A DNA stretch of 64,000 bases, taken from contig JBLDXI010000002.1 of the NCBI GenBank assembly GCA_047495785.1, positions 1,674,001 to 1,738,000 of the forward strand. Reading direction: 5' to 3'. Position numbers and translations under genes: made by a program. The notes beneath the pieces were generated by a model. It was not told the DNA's origin. It made no database searches and was given only the letters and a program-made list of their open reading frames with translations. Below are positions 28,568-41,171 of this stretch, piece by piece; the first letter of the stretch is position 1; every line of letters begins with the position of its first letter. The DNA is from Lepidodermella squamata (lineage: Eukaryota; Animalia; Gastrotricha).

Positions 28568-29067
28568 TTATATGGTGTGTGAAACGAAGCCAGCAGATTC
28601 GTCCAACGCTGCTAGGTAGAACGCGCGGCATACGCGAATTTTTGCGTAAGATGGTGTTATAGCGAAGGATCCCGGTATTAAGTATTGATATTGGAAGCGT
28701 TTACCACGCGTTGGAATCCGAATAGCATGAGCTACTGAAAACTGTCTCCTCGCATCAAGACTTCCCGTTGACCAATAGAATTCAAATAGCTGCAACAAAC
28801 CATCGAGCGAGAAACGATCCTTGCAGTGGTATCGACATTTGCAGTTTACTAGCGAGCATTTTCTTGCTGGTCTGTAAACCGCAGGAGCAAATTCTTTGCC
28901 GCTCTTCATATAAGCTTTACCCTAGTCTTCATCAAATCATCAGAGCCGTCATTGGAGTGAATGCTATTGTTCCTCGAGTCATTGCCTTCCTCTGAAGAGA
29001 AATCATCCACTGTGCTCGCGAATTTTGTTCTGAATTTTGTTTGAACGGCGTTCAACTTTGATGACAT
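28568..29067 (-). pseudogene. Decayed DNA-transposon transposase N-terminal fragment (superfamily uncertain, possibly Sola-like)
   Basis: An acidic N-terminus is frameshifted near 28910 into KSGKEF..ARKC..CKCRYHC..F..LFEFYW..FQYQYL..RVCRAFYL, a Cys-rich pattern I recognise from animal transposase-derived proteins. Stops follow and no DDE core is recognisable. Confidence 0.45.
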
Positions 29068-29882
29068 TATAAAATCGACTCTAGGACTAATTAAATGATC
29101 AATTAATCCAGTCCAGCGCAAGTAACGCAAGTACTTCGTTAGCCGTTTAGAAAGACGGTTATGGGCAGCGCGCGGATCGTGAGTGAGTGTAAGGATGTGC
29201 TTCCTTCAGTCTACAGTCTACAATCTACAATCATTAGAATTTCCTCCTTGGAAATTTGAGACTGTTCTGAGGTTTTGAAAATAAAATATGCCGAATTCGA
29301 CGCTCTATCCATTAACACATTTTTATTAACAAATTGAAAAATGACTTGAATATGCAGAAATAGACAACACTCAACATTTTTTCTCCACCACGCTGGAGTC
29401 GGAATTTTAATTAAGGACGAACGACGGTATTTTTCATGGTAGATGTTTTACTACCTCCAATATGAAAATTGGCTTATTCCATTGGATGAAACTCGGTATG
29501 GCTTGGCAAACAAGTTCCCGGATGAATCAGCTGGACAAAAAATTCATTCATTAGTCATTAGTCATTGTTGTTGATTAAACTTTAGAAGATAATCTCGTGA
29601 ATAATTGGATTCGATCTTTGCAATTGGATATGATTCACGCATCTTTTGATTCAAGTGCATACAAGTGAAAATGGGCGGATGGTTCCAAAGTCGATCTATT
29701 ATTACGTTGAGAAGCCGGCTGGCTATGAATTAACCAAGAAAAGATATTGCGCAACATCGCATGCGTTTTTCATATTTAAGTGGCAATCAGCGAATTCCGC
29801 TAGATCATCAACATTTTAAACGCATTAACAACATTAACTATTTTCATTATTTTGTTGAGCTTTCAAATCTTTTGTCCCAATT

Positions 29883-32199
29883 ATGGCGCCAAATGAATCG
29901 AAGCGAGTTACTACGCGGCGAACTAATAACGGCTATCACGAAAAGCCCGAGCATCAATCAAGGTTAAATTCAATTATTTAATTATTGCCAAATTATGTCA
30001 GATTTCAATTGAATAGGGCTGAATTTATGCTCGATCAAGACTGGTGGAAAAAGACGATAATCTACCAAATTTTTCCGCGATCATTCTGCGACGGAAATGG
30101 CGATGGCTACGGCGACTTGCGCGGCATTATCTCCAAGCTCGACTACTTTGTCTACTTGCACGTCAATTGCATATGGCTGAGCCCGATCTACGAGTCACCC
30201 ATGCGTGACTGCGGCTACGATATCAGCAATTTCAAGGCTATCGACCCGGTTTTCGGAACCCTCGAAGATTTCGACGAGCTGGTCGATGGGTGCCATAAGC
30301 GCGGCATCAAACTGGTACTCGATTTCGTGCCGAACCACTCGAGCTCAGATCATCCGTGGTTCAAGGAAAGCTGCAAATCTCGCGATAATCCGTACTCCGA
30401 TTACTACGTCTGGTGCGATGGTTATCAAGATGGGCAAGGCGGTCATTGGCCTCCTAACAACTGGGTAAAAATGGGTTTTTTATAGGAATTAAATTTTTTT
30501 TTTAATTTTTTTAATTTTTTTTTAGCTGAGTGTGATGGGTGGTCCAATGTGGGAATGGTGTGAATCGCGCCAGCAGTACTATTTGCATCAATTCATGCCT
30601 GAAATGCCGGATTTGAATTTCCGAAACCCGAAAGTTTGCGCCGAAATCGAAGACGCCTTGGCATTCTGGCTCGATCACGGAGTTGACGGCTTTCGAATCG
30701 ACGCTATCAAACACCTTTTCGAAGGTTTATTAAAATATTGATTATTTGCACTTTTTATTTTTTTGAAATTTAGCCGAGAATTTCTATCAAAACGAAGACC
30801 CAACCTGGCGTCAGGACATTCCGGCCTTCCACTACGAATCGGTCCGCCACCGGCACACTATTGACCTGCCCGAGATTCATACGGTTGTGAGAAGTTGGCG
30901 ACGGCTGCTCGACGAGTACCAGAAGAAAACCGGCCTATACCGTTGCATGATTCAGGAAATCTACGAAGACTGGGGCACCACCCTTGACCAGGTCATGGAA
31001 CACTACCACAACGGCAGCGATGCGCCGTTCAATTTTCGCCTGGTTTCGCGTTTCACTCGCTATTCAGGCGGCTGGAGCTTGAAGCAAATGATTGAAGAAT
31101 GGTAAACAATTATTTGGTAATTTAATGACATTTTTTGTCAATTTATTTCAGGTGGTATCGAATGCCTCCTGGGAAGTGGTCGGTGTGGGTGGTGAGTTGA
31201 ATTATTGAAAAAAAATTCAAACTATTTTTCAAATTATTTTTCAGATCGGAAATCACGATTACCCGCGTATTGCTGACAAATTCGGACCTGAATTCGCGGA
31301 TGCTCTCAACGTCTTGCATTTGTTGTTGCCTGGAACGCCATGCACCTACTACGGCGAGGAGTTGGGCATGCGTGGAAAGCTGTTGTCGTTTGAAGAAACC
31401 AAAGATAACTGGTCGAAACGCTTTGGCCCGGTAAATAATTAACAAAAAACCGGAATATTTATTTTATTTTTGCAATTAGGAACTGTATCATTGCTACACT
31501 CGCGACCCGGCACGTGGTCCCATGTTGTGGGACAGCTCGGAAAATGCTGGATTCTGCCCTCCAGGTGTCAAACCATGGCTACCACTCCACGAAGATTACG
31601 TTGGAACCAATGTCGAGGTGTGCAATTTGAAACATTAAAATTTTTGAAATTTTGAATTTTTCATAAAAATTAAAATTTAAAATTAAAATTTTTGAAATTC
31701 ATAAAATTTAAATGTTGAATTTTTGATTTTTGAATTCAATTTTTTGTATTTTTCTAATTTTTAGACTCAGCAGTATTCGAAGGAGATGACTTCGCTTCAG
31801 TTCTATCGCGAGGTTGCAATTTTGCGGAAGGAACCCGAATTTCAGTCCGGGACTTTCCAATCCGGCTACACCACGCAAAACTTGTACACAATCATTCGCC
31901 GCCTGGCGCCCGAGAAGTACAACGAAGCCGAGAACGATTTCGGCTATCGTTATGACGTCGTTCTCAACGTTGGCCACGACTGCGAGTGCTTCGACACGCC
32001 GGCTGGCAAGTTGTTCTTCTACGACGGGCAGAATTTCCCGGACGTGCATGACGGCGCCGATAAGCCGCGCATCGTCCTTCACACGAACAATTTGCGGCAA
32101 GATCAACGCAGCGCCGTTGCCGCCTTCCCGTTCGTGCCGCTGAACATCTATCCCGGCCAAGCGTTCGTCATCCGATCACGCCCGAAATACAAGTGCTGA
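29883..32199 (+). CDS. GH13 alpha-glucosidase/maltase-like, paralog 1 (8 exons)
   Basis: [37 protein letters not shown], nucleophile [12 protein letters not shown], acid/base [28 protein letters not shown]. Exon 1 is 29883-29962 and the introns are GT-AG. Confidence 0.92.
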
Positions 32200-32992
32200 A
32201 AGTTTTTGAGGTCTACTTGATGACAATTTATTACCTTTGCCCTTTTTGATATATGGCAATCTCAGTCAATTTTAAACCTGATCACAATTTTAAAACTTTT
32301 TTCGCAAAAATGATCCTAATTTGTTTTATACCAACGTGCTTTCAATAAAAGGCTGCTATCACGTGCACAAAATTGATTGTTTTTTTTAATCGTACCGTAA
32401 ACCGTAATTTGGGACACTTGACTTTGAACTTGAATTTCTCTTCAATCCTGGTGAATGTAAAGACCATTCGAATTGCAGAAGGTAGCCCCGAGTCTCGTCT
32501 TTCAAATGAGATACCTGAATTGTGAAAAATGGATACGTATGCGAAGAATGGTCCTATGTCTTCGCAGTCATGTCCCGCAACTGAAAATTACTCAATTTTC
32601 ACCGAGCAGGTAGCAGGTATTTTGTTGCTGGAAAGAAGTGAAAAATGAGAGCAAAGTTCACTATCGAGGGTTCGAATCCATCAACATGCATTTTATTTAT
32701 TTTTTATTTTAATTTAATTTCGGACAAAAACGAGTTTTTTGGGCTTCGTTTTTGTCCGTAATAAGACCAGTTTACGGTATAAATATTTGCACCGCTAAAA
32801 TTTATTTTCCCTCGCTCAATGGCAGAAGAATAAATATTTCCGATTTTTACCGGCAATTCGTTTCTTGAAATAATGTGAATTATATTAAGTGCTAACAGCA
32901 AAACAATTATTGCCAGATCTCACGATCTCTAAAAACTCACCGTGTTCGTTTGAACTGCCTGAAACCGTCGACCATCAACCGAATATATTTTT

Positions 32993-33452
32993 CGGAATGT
33001 CTATTCGTACATAGTATGTACGCGAAAATTGCTATTCGTACATGGGTATGTACGCAGAAATTGCTATTCGTACATAGTTTCAATATGCTTTTTTCTAAGA
33101 TAAACGGCTTGCTCAATTTTCATCCTATCAATCTAAGTTTTTGCGTGCTGATAGCTGACCATCAGGCCTATCTCCCCTCAAAAAATCACCATTGGACCCC
33201 CTAAGGTAGATTCGCAAAATATCATTATTTGAATTGTTTTTCACTTGTACTTTGAATTGTACTTTGGAAGATAATCTGACGAAATTTGACCACTAGATAG
33301 GCATCACTTTGCTGCATCTCCCCGTGAAATTCCATGGTATCATCGTCAAATCTCGAATTTCCACACCAATTTGAATAACTGTGAAAATTCGCGCAAAACT
33401 ATGTACGAATAGCAATTTTCGCGTACATAGTTATGTACGAATAGCTTGACCC
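32993..33452. mobile_element. Non-autonomous Mutator-like element (MITE)
   Basis: Subterminal inverted repeats built from CTATTCGTACAT units at both ends, flanked by a 9-bp direct repeat TATATTTTT (32984-32992 and 33453-33461). Confidence 0.75.
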
Positions 33453-33730
33453 TATATTTTTTTAAATTTTACTTCTGATTTTCTTATATTCTAGACCGCA
33501 TTCTGCTTCGAACTTAGACAGCGCCAACCATGGGTAGGCAAATCAAATGTAATGGCTGAAACGGTTTCTTCAAGTGCGCAATAATTAAAAACACAGGGAT
33601 CATGCCAAATAATTTATTAATGAGAATAAATTCTCGAAAAAATGGACTATTTCAGTTTTAAATAATAAAGAAGACTGTCATTTATAATCATCTTAAATAT
33701 CTGCTCTCTGCGAATTTCAAAGACTTGTCT

Positions 33731-36700
33731 TCAGCCGCCCTTGTTCCGAAAAGTTTCGCACGCGACTGCGTTCGCAAAGGGGTCCCCAGTATAACATTCT
33801 ACATTGTCAAGGTAGTAGCCCTGTGGGTAGGTTTTGAAAGCCGGGAAGAACCTGTAAACCGCACATTCATAACCTTGCGGCTCATCGCCGCTATCAGTGC
33901 CACCCCACTGTCTCGCACCAGAAATAGGTTGGAAACTGGTCCCGTCTAGCCACTTCAAAGTACCAAGCTGCTTTTGCAATCCAACCAGGCTGGTAATCGT
34001 ATTGTTCAAAGGCTGTAGTACAGCTCTCAATGCATTTTGTTCCGCTGCGGATTTGACCATTGCTAGCAGGCCAAAGTTTTGCAAGCAGATTCGCTGGGCC
34101 TCTTCAATCAAGTATACATTATTCTTCGGCTCAAGGACGAAGTATCTCTTATCCGCCTTAACGCAACTCAATCTATCCGGGAAGAACGTATCCACCGGGA
34201 CTTGACCTTCATTCGGCAAACAAGCTGAAATAGAAGGGAATTGGCAGATTTACCTACAACATATTCCAATTTTACCTAATGCTCTACAGGAAACTCTCGC
34301 CTCCGCTCCGATGCAGCGAACGTATCCAGTCTGTGGAACAATTGACTTCATAGTATTAACATTAATTGAGCACGAAATACCTGAGGATAAAGATAGTTCT
34401 CACATATGACGCCGGAGATTCCCTCGCTGCAATTTTGAAGTTCCAGGAAAAGGTCAGTCATGTAGTAGTAAAGAAAGCTTCTTCGTAGTCTCGCGCACCA
34501 TGACCCTTCACTACCTTCACTTTCATAATCGATTCCCATCGTGGCTGCATATTATCATAAAACTTGATCAAAAATAAACATAACAAAGCTCCGAAACCTG
34601 TCAAACCACCAGAACCCACAGAGTAGTCTATGTCCGTCAACTGTGAACCATCGACCCATGTAGGATTGGGTCGATCCGAGGATCTAGGCTCAATGCCCAA
34701 CCAAAGCTTTGTATCACCAAAAGTGGCGCCTTCGCGGCGTAGCCTGATCAAATCAGAGTTACTTTGAAGAGTTGCCAACTGCCCCCCGCCAGCTGCGCAG
34801 AAGGACTTCGCATCGGTGAAATTTAGTGGCATGCCAGTATCCAACAGAGTGTACACCCGTTGGGCGCTCTTGCAGTGATCCAATGTTAAGTAGGCCTGCG
34901 CTCTGGGCAACTGAATTTCAGTCGGAGAGCATTCTTCAAATGATAAAAGAATTTTGAAGTGGGACATTTTTTGTTACAGCAGCTTACCATCTGGGGGTAA
35001 AACACATCTAGCTGATCCCGTTGAATTGACGCATCGAATAACTCCGGTTGTTCGAGCTAAAGTCGCCGAGGGGGACGACGACGATGACGACGATGATGAT
35101 GAAGCAGGTTTCAATGTCTCGCAAATAGCGGCCCTCATTACATTCCCGTAATCACAAGGAATATCGTTCAATAAGTAATTTTGATTTTCGCTGTAAAACT
35201 TGATGGAGCCACAATTATCAGGACCTAAATAGTTGTTGTTATTGAAATGCTTAAATAGATATAGCTTTCTACCATTCGGCTCAGGATCAGCCCAAAGTTG
35301 GAAATTGGAAGGAAAAGGGGCTCCGTCTACCCATTCGTACTTGTCCTGATTACGGACGAGACCCACCCAGCTGCCTGACTCGGCCCAATTGTTATTATTG
35401 GCGACCGAAAAATTTTGCACCGCCGCCAAATCTTGCGGGGTAAGGATCGTAACTGGTTGGCCGCCGTCGACATTACACAATTGGAAAGCGGTTTCGAACG
35501 AGTTGATCGTTGACGGTTGATAAGCTACGTATAGCTCTTTCACAGGCGATTCACATTCTGCCTGGGTAGCGAATGCGACGCCAAGTGGCATTTGCCTCTC
35601 GTTCGCTCCGGTGCAGCCTATAAAGCGAAGTTATAGACCATGAGTTAATGCGGTGAGCTGACTACCTTCTGCTGCAGGAACGCATCTCTTCCAAGAGGCG
35701 CCATCTGAATTGACACATCGAACGAAGCCGGTTGCCTGGAATAAAACTGCTGAATGATTGTCAATTTTTATAGCAAGAACCTACCGGGGCGTCGTAAGTT
35801 TCGCATAAAGCTGCAGTGAAAATGCCCGCCTGGTTACAGGAATCATCGTTGATATAAACGTCCATTGGAGCCAAGTCGACCGCATTGAAGATGACAAACT
35901 CTGTGCACAGTGACTCCGAATTCCCTGCATTCATATATGTATGTATGAACCAAATGCAAGCCATCAATGTCCTCATACCATTCGGCTCCCCAGGCCCCCA
36001 AAGACCGGGTACAAGTTGGTATGCTGAACCATCGTGGTATTTGAGTTCGCCATTCTCTATAACAAGCCCAAACCATGCCACATAAGTGGCTTCGCCGATA
36101 AGCCCGTTCGCGTAAATGACCCCTTTCAGTTGTTCCAACTCAGCTTCACTCTTCACGGTCGCCAGTTGCCCTCCAGCTTTATTGCACCGCTGTTTCGCTA
36201 CCGGAAACAACACGTTATAGTAAAAACAAATTCAATATATAAATGAGTCACCTCTGTCAAAGCTATCAATGTAGTTTTCATCATCGTTAACAGCAAAGAA
36301 TCGTTTTACGGCTCCCTCGCAGTCGGATTTCGTAGGAAACGACTTCCTTGTTGGCATCTGATAAGAGTTTTCAGGGCACCTATCTGAAATCCAGGAACAC
36401 ATCAACATGTCATCGAGGTTATTCACAGCCTACCGTCACCAGATTTCGGCAGACAGCTAACTGCGCCGTTCGTGTAGTTAATACAGCGAATATGTTCCAC
36501 ATTCGTTTGCTGCACCTCCGCCAACTCTACACCAAATGTTTCGCAGATTGCTCCTCTGCCTTGCACGGCTTTGTCTTCGACGTTGACCATGCCAGATTGC
36601 GTGTAAATTGCCCGGGCATATTGAATAGGCGGTTGAACAGGAGCGCCACTTTGCCAGTTTGCGTATGTCAGCTGTTCGTTATCCACCCAAAAATAAGCAT

Positions 36701-39700
36701 AAGAAACGTATTTTAGCCCAACCCAGCCAGCACTCAGGCCTTCTCTAGCCAACAAATTCAGCACCGTTTGATGCTCGCCCGCATTTTTTACAGTCGCTAG
36801 TTGGCCATTTGCAGCCAAACATAAATTGTCGGCTTGAATAAACGTCCCAGCACTGCTTTGCGCGGACGGAGGCTTTATGACGAAGTAAGACTTCTTGGCA
36901 TTGAGACAATCTGATTCTGTAAGAAATAAGCGTTTTCGGGGCATCTGATAGCTCGCGAAATCGGCACAAGCTGAAAAAAGTTCGAAAACATCAGAAAATT
37001 AGGAAACAATTTTATCACGAAACTGTTTAAATTTGCAAGGTAACAAGCGACAGCACCGCCTTGACTCGTGCGTATACAGCGACGCCATCCAACCTTTCAA
37101 AATTTAAAATAAAGCATTAGCCATCAGGGCAATTTTCATTTAGAAATTACTTACGAAATTGGCACAACTAGCATGATTTGGTTCGAAATATCTCGATCGA
37201 TTAAAGACTGCCATCTGAAATGAAAGAAATTAGTTTTCCTTCCTCAGGTCAGCAAATCGCCGACACACCTCAGTCTCAGTTTGAGCATCACAAAAATCGT
37301 CAGAGCATCGGAAAGTTCCATCATTTTTGGCACAATACCTAGCTACCTATTTTTCGTGAGGAAATAATGTCAAAACAAATACGAAATTATTGAATGGCTT
37401 ACTCCAAGGGTGCAACTTTCGATGCTACTGAAAACCTTGCTGCTCAGCGCCGTCTATTTGCAACAGTCTTTACCAATAAGTAGAATAAACCGTGGACAGG
37501 GCTTACATAACCCGGTGAACATCCAGGTGTTTTCAGTACGCAGCTAGGATTTCTTTGATCAGCGTCAACACAGCGTATTACCTCAACCTAATATTAAGCA
37601 TGAGAAATATGGTAAATTCGGAAAGGATCCCAACCTACATTTGCCTTGCAAACTTGGAGAGCCGGGTCGTAGTTTAGCTGCACATTTTGATAGCTGTCAA
37701 AAATTTCGATCTAGCAAAGACTCAGAATATACTCGAGCGCATTGAAATTCATCTTCTCATTTTACCGAGATGCCGTTGTAGCAATTGCCATACGTAGTAA
37801 CTGTGTATTCATTCGTGGCATTGTTGAGACAGCACATGGCAGTCTGATAATGAATTCTGGCAATAGGATTAATTTCAAAATATCATCGTTGCCTCACCCC
37901 TGTTTCACACAGATCCGCGGTCTGAAAATATTGAATTGGGGCCGTTGGATCTAATGGGGCGAGCTTTATGAGAGAAATAGAGATATTCTATACGAAAAGA
38001 TGTGACAGCGGAACGGCTCTTACGTCAATAGCGCCGATACTGCTACAGCCGGGTGAGACCCGTAGACAACCTCTGAACTGACGAGTCGTAGGGTCGATAC
38101 AACGGCCGAAAGGTGCTGCAAAATCAATTGGGTTCCTTTAATTTAAAATGACTCTGCTTCGATTCGAACTAACCGCAGTCGGGGAGTGAGCATTGGCCCG
38201 TTTTGTCGGTGCTAGTGTAGCAATAAGCGGCCTGCTGGCCTTCAGGGTTACGGCAAGTAGCGGCAGATGGAAGCACTGCACCTCCCGGAAACATCAAAGG
38301 GTTCAGCGTAGTCTTCGTCGTCCATGAAATGCATGGATCCATACTGGCAGTTCTAGCCATGGAACCTTCGTAGTCGTAACCAGTGTTCGTGAACGTGCAT
38401 TCCTTAGTGAGACGTGATGCTGCTTGGTTCGCACAAGTCGCGTAGGCGACCATAGTAAACGATATGGAAGATATCGTGGCATCTGGGTAGAGTTGCTGAT
38501 TGTGTTGAAGCGTCATAACAGCCCATTTATAATTCGTCTGGAACAATCGACCGGCCTTGACAGAGCTTGAGCAGATCCTGAAAAAATCGATAAACAGGCA
38601 CGTCTCAAACTCAACTGAATTATAGGCTGACTCACTTATTTCCAGGCACAGCAAAATTTGGTCGAGCTCTAATTTCAACGTAGCTCCAGCAACCATTTTC
38701 TATTTAGCAAAGATTAAGATAAAATCCCACTGAAAAGTTTAAAAGCGAACCATCACCACCGAGTTGGGGTGGGCTCTCGAGCGCGAAAACCAAGCCGGTG
38801 CCAGTAGTCGATACGTTCCAGAAGCATTCGCCGCTATCGTAGATACCGGGGGTGAGGGAAATTCGGCTTTTACCACACGGCGGGACACTAACCGATCCGC
38901 CGCAGTTTGAGTTCGGCAATGTTGACGGAGACACATTCTGGCAGTTCGGACCGGAGAATCCGCGGGGACACAGGCACGACGCGCATGTGGTAGGGTTCAG
39001 GTAACCGTTGTTTTCACACACCGCATTAGCATTTCCGCATCTCAATGCTGAAAAATAGGTTGTTGAATAATATGAGATAAAATCATAAATAGCATGTAAA
39101 ACCATTTGAAATAATGGCTGTAGTCTGCGGCCGGTCGTCTCTCTTTCGGAGGCAATAATTCAAGATTACCCAAAATGTTAGTAAATTTCCAGCAAATTTG
39201 GCCTCATCGAAAAATAAATAGCCACAACATTTTTCTCGAAATTTTTTCGCTTTGCTCGTTGATTTAGTTTTAAAGCTTTCAATAATTTGATTAGAGCTCA
39301 GCAATTAGACTTGGATAATATATTATTATATATCCACAGGCATTATACTATTAGATATTATACAATAAATCTAATTATTAATTATTAAAGTCTTGTTTTT
39401 GTTCCATCTCAAATTTCAACTTGAGATATTTGATATCAGACGTGAGTTGTCTCTTAGTTCATAAATTCCTAAAATGGGCGTGCTAAAACATGGCGTCAAG
39501 TTCAATTTGCCTCTTTTGGGTTTCAAGGCGCTCTTTTAACCGGAAATTTTTTTACATTTTAAATTGATCGTATAATTGATATAACTAATTACATTGACGT
39601 ATCATGTATAATACTTCAGAGCAAGTTAAACCTAAAAAATTGAATTTAAAAACCAATCGTCCGCTTAGAAAGGCAATCCAATACTTCAATTCTTGATTTA

Positions 39701-41171
39701 GGAGGCAATTGGCATGACGTTCCTTTTTTATTATTGCAAGCGGCCGGTTCAGGGTTGAAGCTAAAAAGCGCCCCGAAAGGTTCACCGCCGGGGGCAATTT
39801 TTGCCGGGAGCGAAAATGATTTTAGAACCGCACTTGGCTCGGTGATGGGTTAACGAAGTCAGGAAAAACAGTTTAAAATAATTCTTCCAATATAGGTACA
39901 AGTTATGATAATATTAATGAAAAAAATCAGAAAAAATCCGAGAGGAAAAATAGGTATAAGGTTTTCTTTCGAATTTTCTGACGAACTCAAACAGTTAATT
40001 TTAGTTCAATGGTGGTTTCTTCCGCCATCGACTTCGGCGGCAATATTGAAATAATTTTATAGTTGCAGTCATCCGAAAAGACAGGAAAGAAACAATTAAT
40101 GCGGTATTAGCTTTTTGCCCTATTGCAAATTTCTTACCCCTGACACCTAATAATCGTATTAAACAATATTAAAAATAATATCCCGTACCCTTGAAAAATT
40201 ATGGAAAAATAATCGATTTCTTGGACTCGCCTGTGCAGTTATAGTGGAGATTTATTTTTTGAAAGTCAATAAAAGATATGAATTGTGTTTGGCCGAGGTT
40301 GTATTGAATGCGAGGCTCTTTCGTCGTGATAGTCGGCTTGCTTGGCGAGCTTTTCCAGAACCAACTCGGATGAGTACTCGACTCGGTATCGTAGATCGTG
40401 TCGTAGTTGTTGTCGTTAGGGTCAATTGCGAACAACGCAGCGGATTCTCTATTTTTCGCAATTAATTAATTGCGGGAAAATAAATCAATTCGATAGAACT
40501 CACGCTGGAATGTTATCCGTTTGCACAGAAACATAAGAATCTCGATCAGTTCTTACATGCTCATAATTCTGAAATTTTCAGAGATTTGAAATTTAACCGC
40601 TCTCAGGAAGAGAAAAATAGGTATACCAGCCCTAAAGCTCGGCCGATCAAGGCTGCTATCAGCGGGACCTATAGCGTTAAAATCAAATAATTAAAAAATG
40701 CCATGGAGTTTTTAATTTTTAATTTATTTACACTTGTCAAGCATGGCTGTCCCAAAATGACGTAGTTTGGAGGTGCCGTCATTCCAACTTTTGCGAAGCA
40801 CCTGAACACATAATTTGAAGCTTCGAATTTTTCTTTCAATTTCACTCACTCTTGACCCAGTGTGAATATCATTACATTTGGCGTCGTAATATCAAATTCC
40901 AGCGACCAAGCGTCGGGCAGTGGAACAAAATTGATGCACGTTGACTTGGACCAAATTGTCATCGCAGCGGTGATGCTGTTGACGTAACGATTATCTTGAT
41001 CAAAGGAACAGTTAAATAATTTATCTCCTCAACAATTAACTCACCCAAATGCGTAGTATCGATGATGTAGTTGACGGTTGCGTTTGGCCATAAGCCGGCT
41101 GAACGGGGAATCCCTTCTACGCCGCAAAGACACCATAGTCCGATAACGACGAGAATCGAAAATAATTTCAT
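33731..41171 (-). CDS. Secreted multidomain pseudo-astacin/lectin: signal peptide, inactive astacin, EGF, CUB-like, kringle, 4-Cys repeats, 5 x (4-Cys repeat + C-type lectin); about 30 exons
   Basis: Signal peptide MKLFSILVVIGLWCLCGVEG; astacin hallmarks WPNATVNY, W..STCINFVP, EHVRTDRD, GQTQFISFIDFQKINLHYNC; EGF CENNGYLNPTTCASCLCPRGFSGPNC; kringle GYDYEG..C.SW..CRNPEG..CY; five CTLDs (GGQLAT, WVGL, W.DG, EPN, AICET). Small exons at 38120-36970 splice in frame and connect the kringle to CTLD1. Confidence 0.8.

Noticed and set aside
29883-32199. Bacterial contamination or recent horizontal transfer for the glucosidases
   Set aside because: They carry spliceosomal introns and motifs resembling animal maltase/rBAT. 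An ancient origin cannot be judged without a phylogeny.
32630-32690. tRNA or tRNA-derived SINE (GGTTCGAATCC B-box)
   Set aside because: B-box only; no cloverleaf or convincing A-box.
37270-37324. ATG ATG start of an independent lectin gene
   Set aside because: No signal peptide in that frame. The alternative frame encodes a 4-Cys module that splices in frame with upstream and downstream exons.
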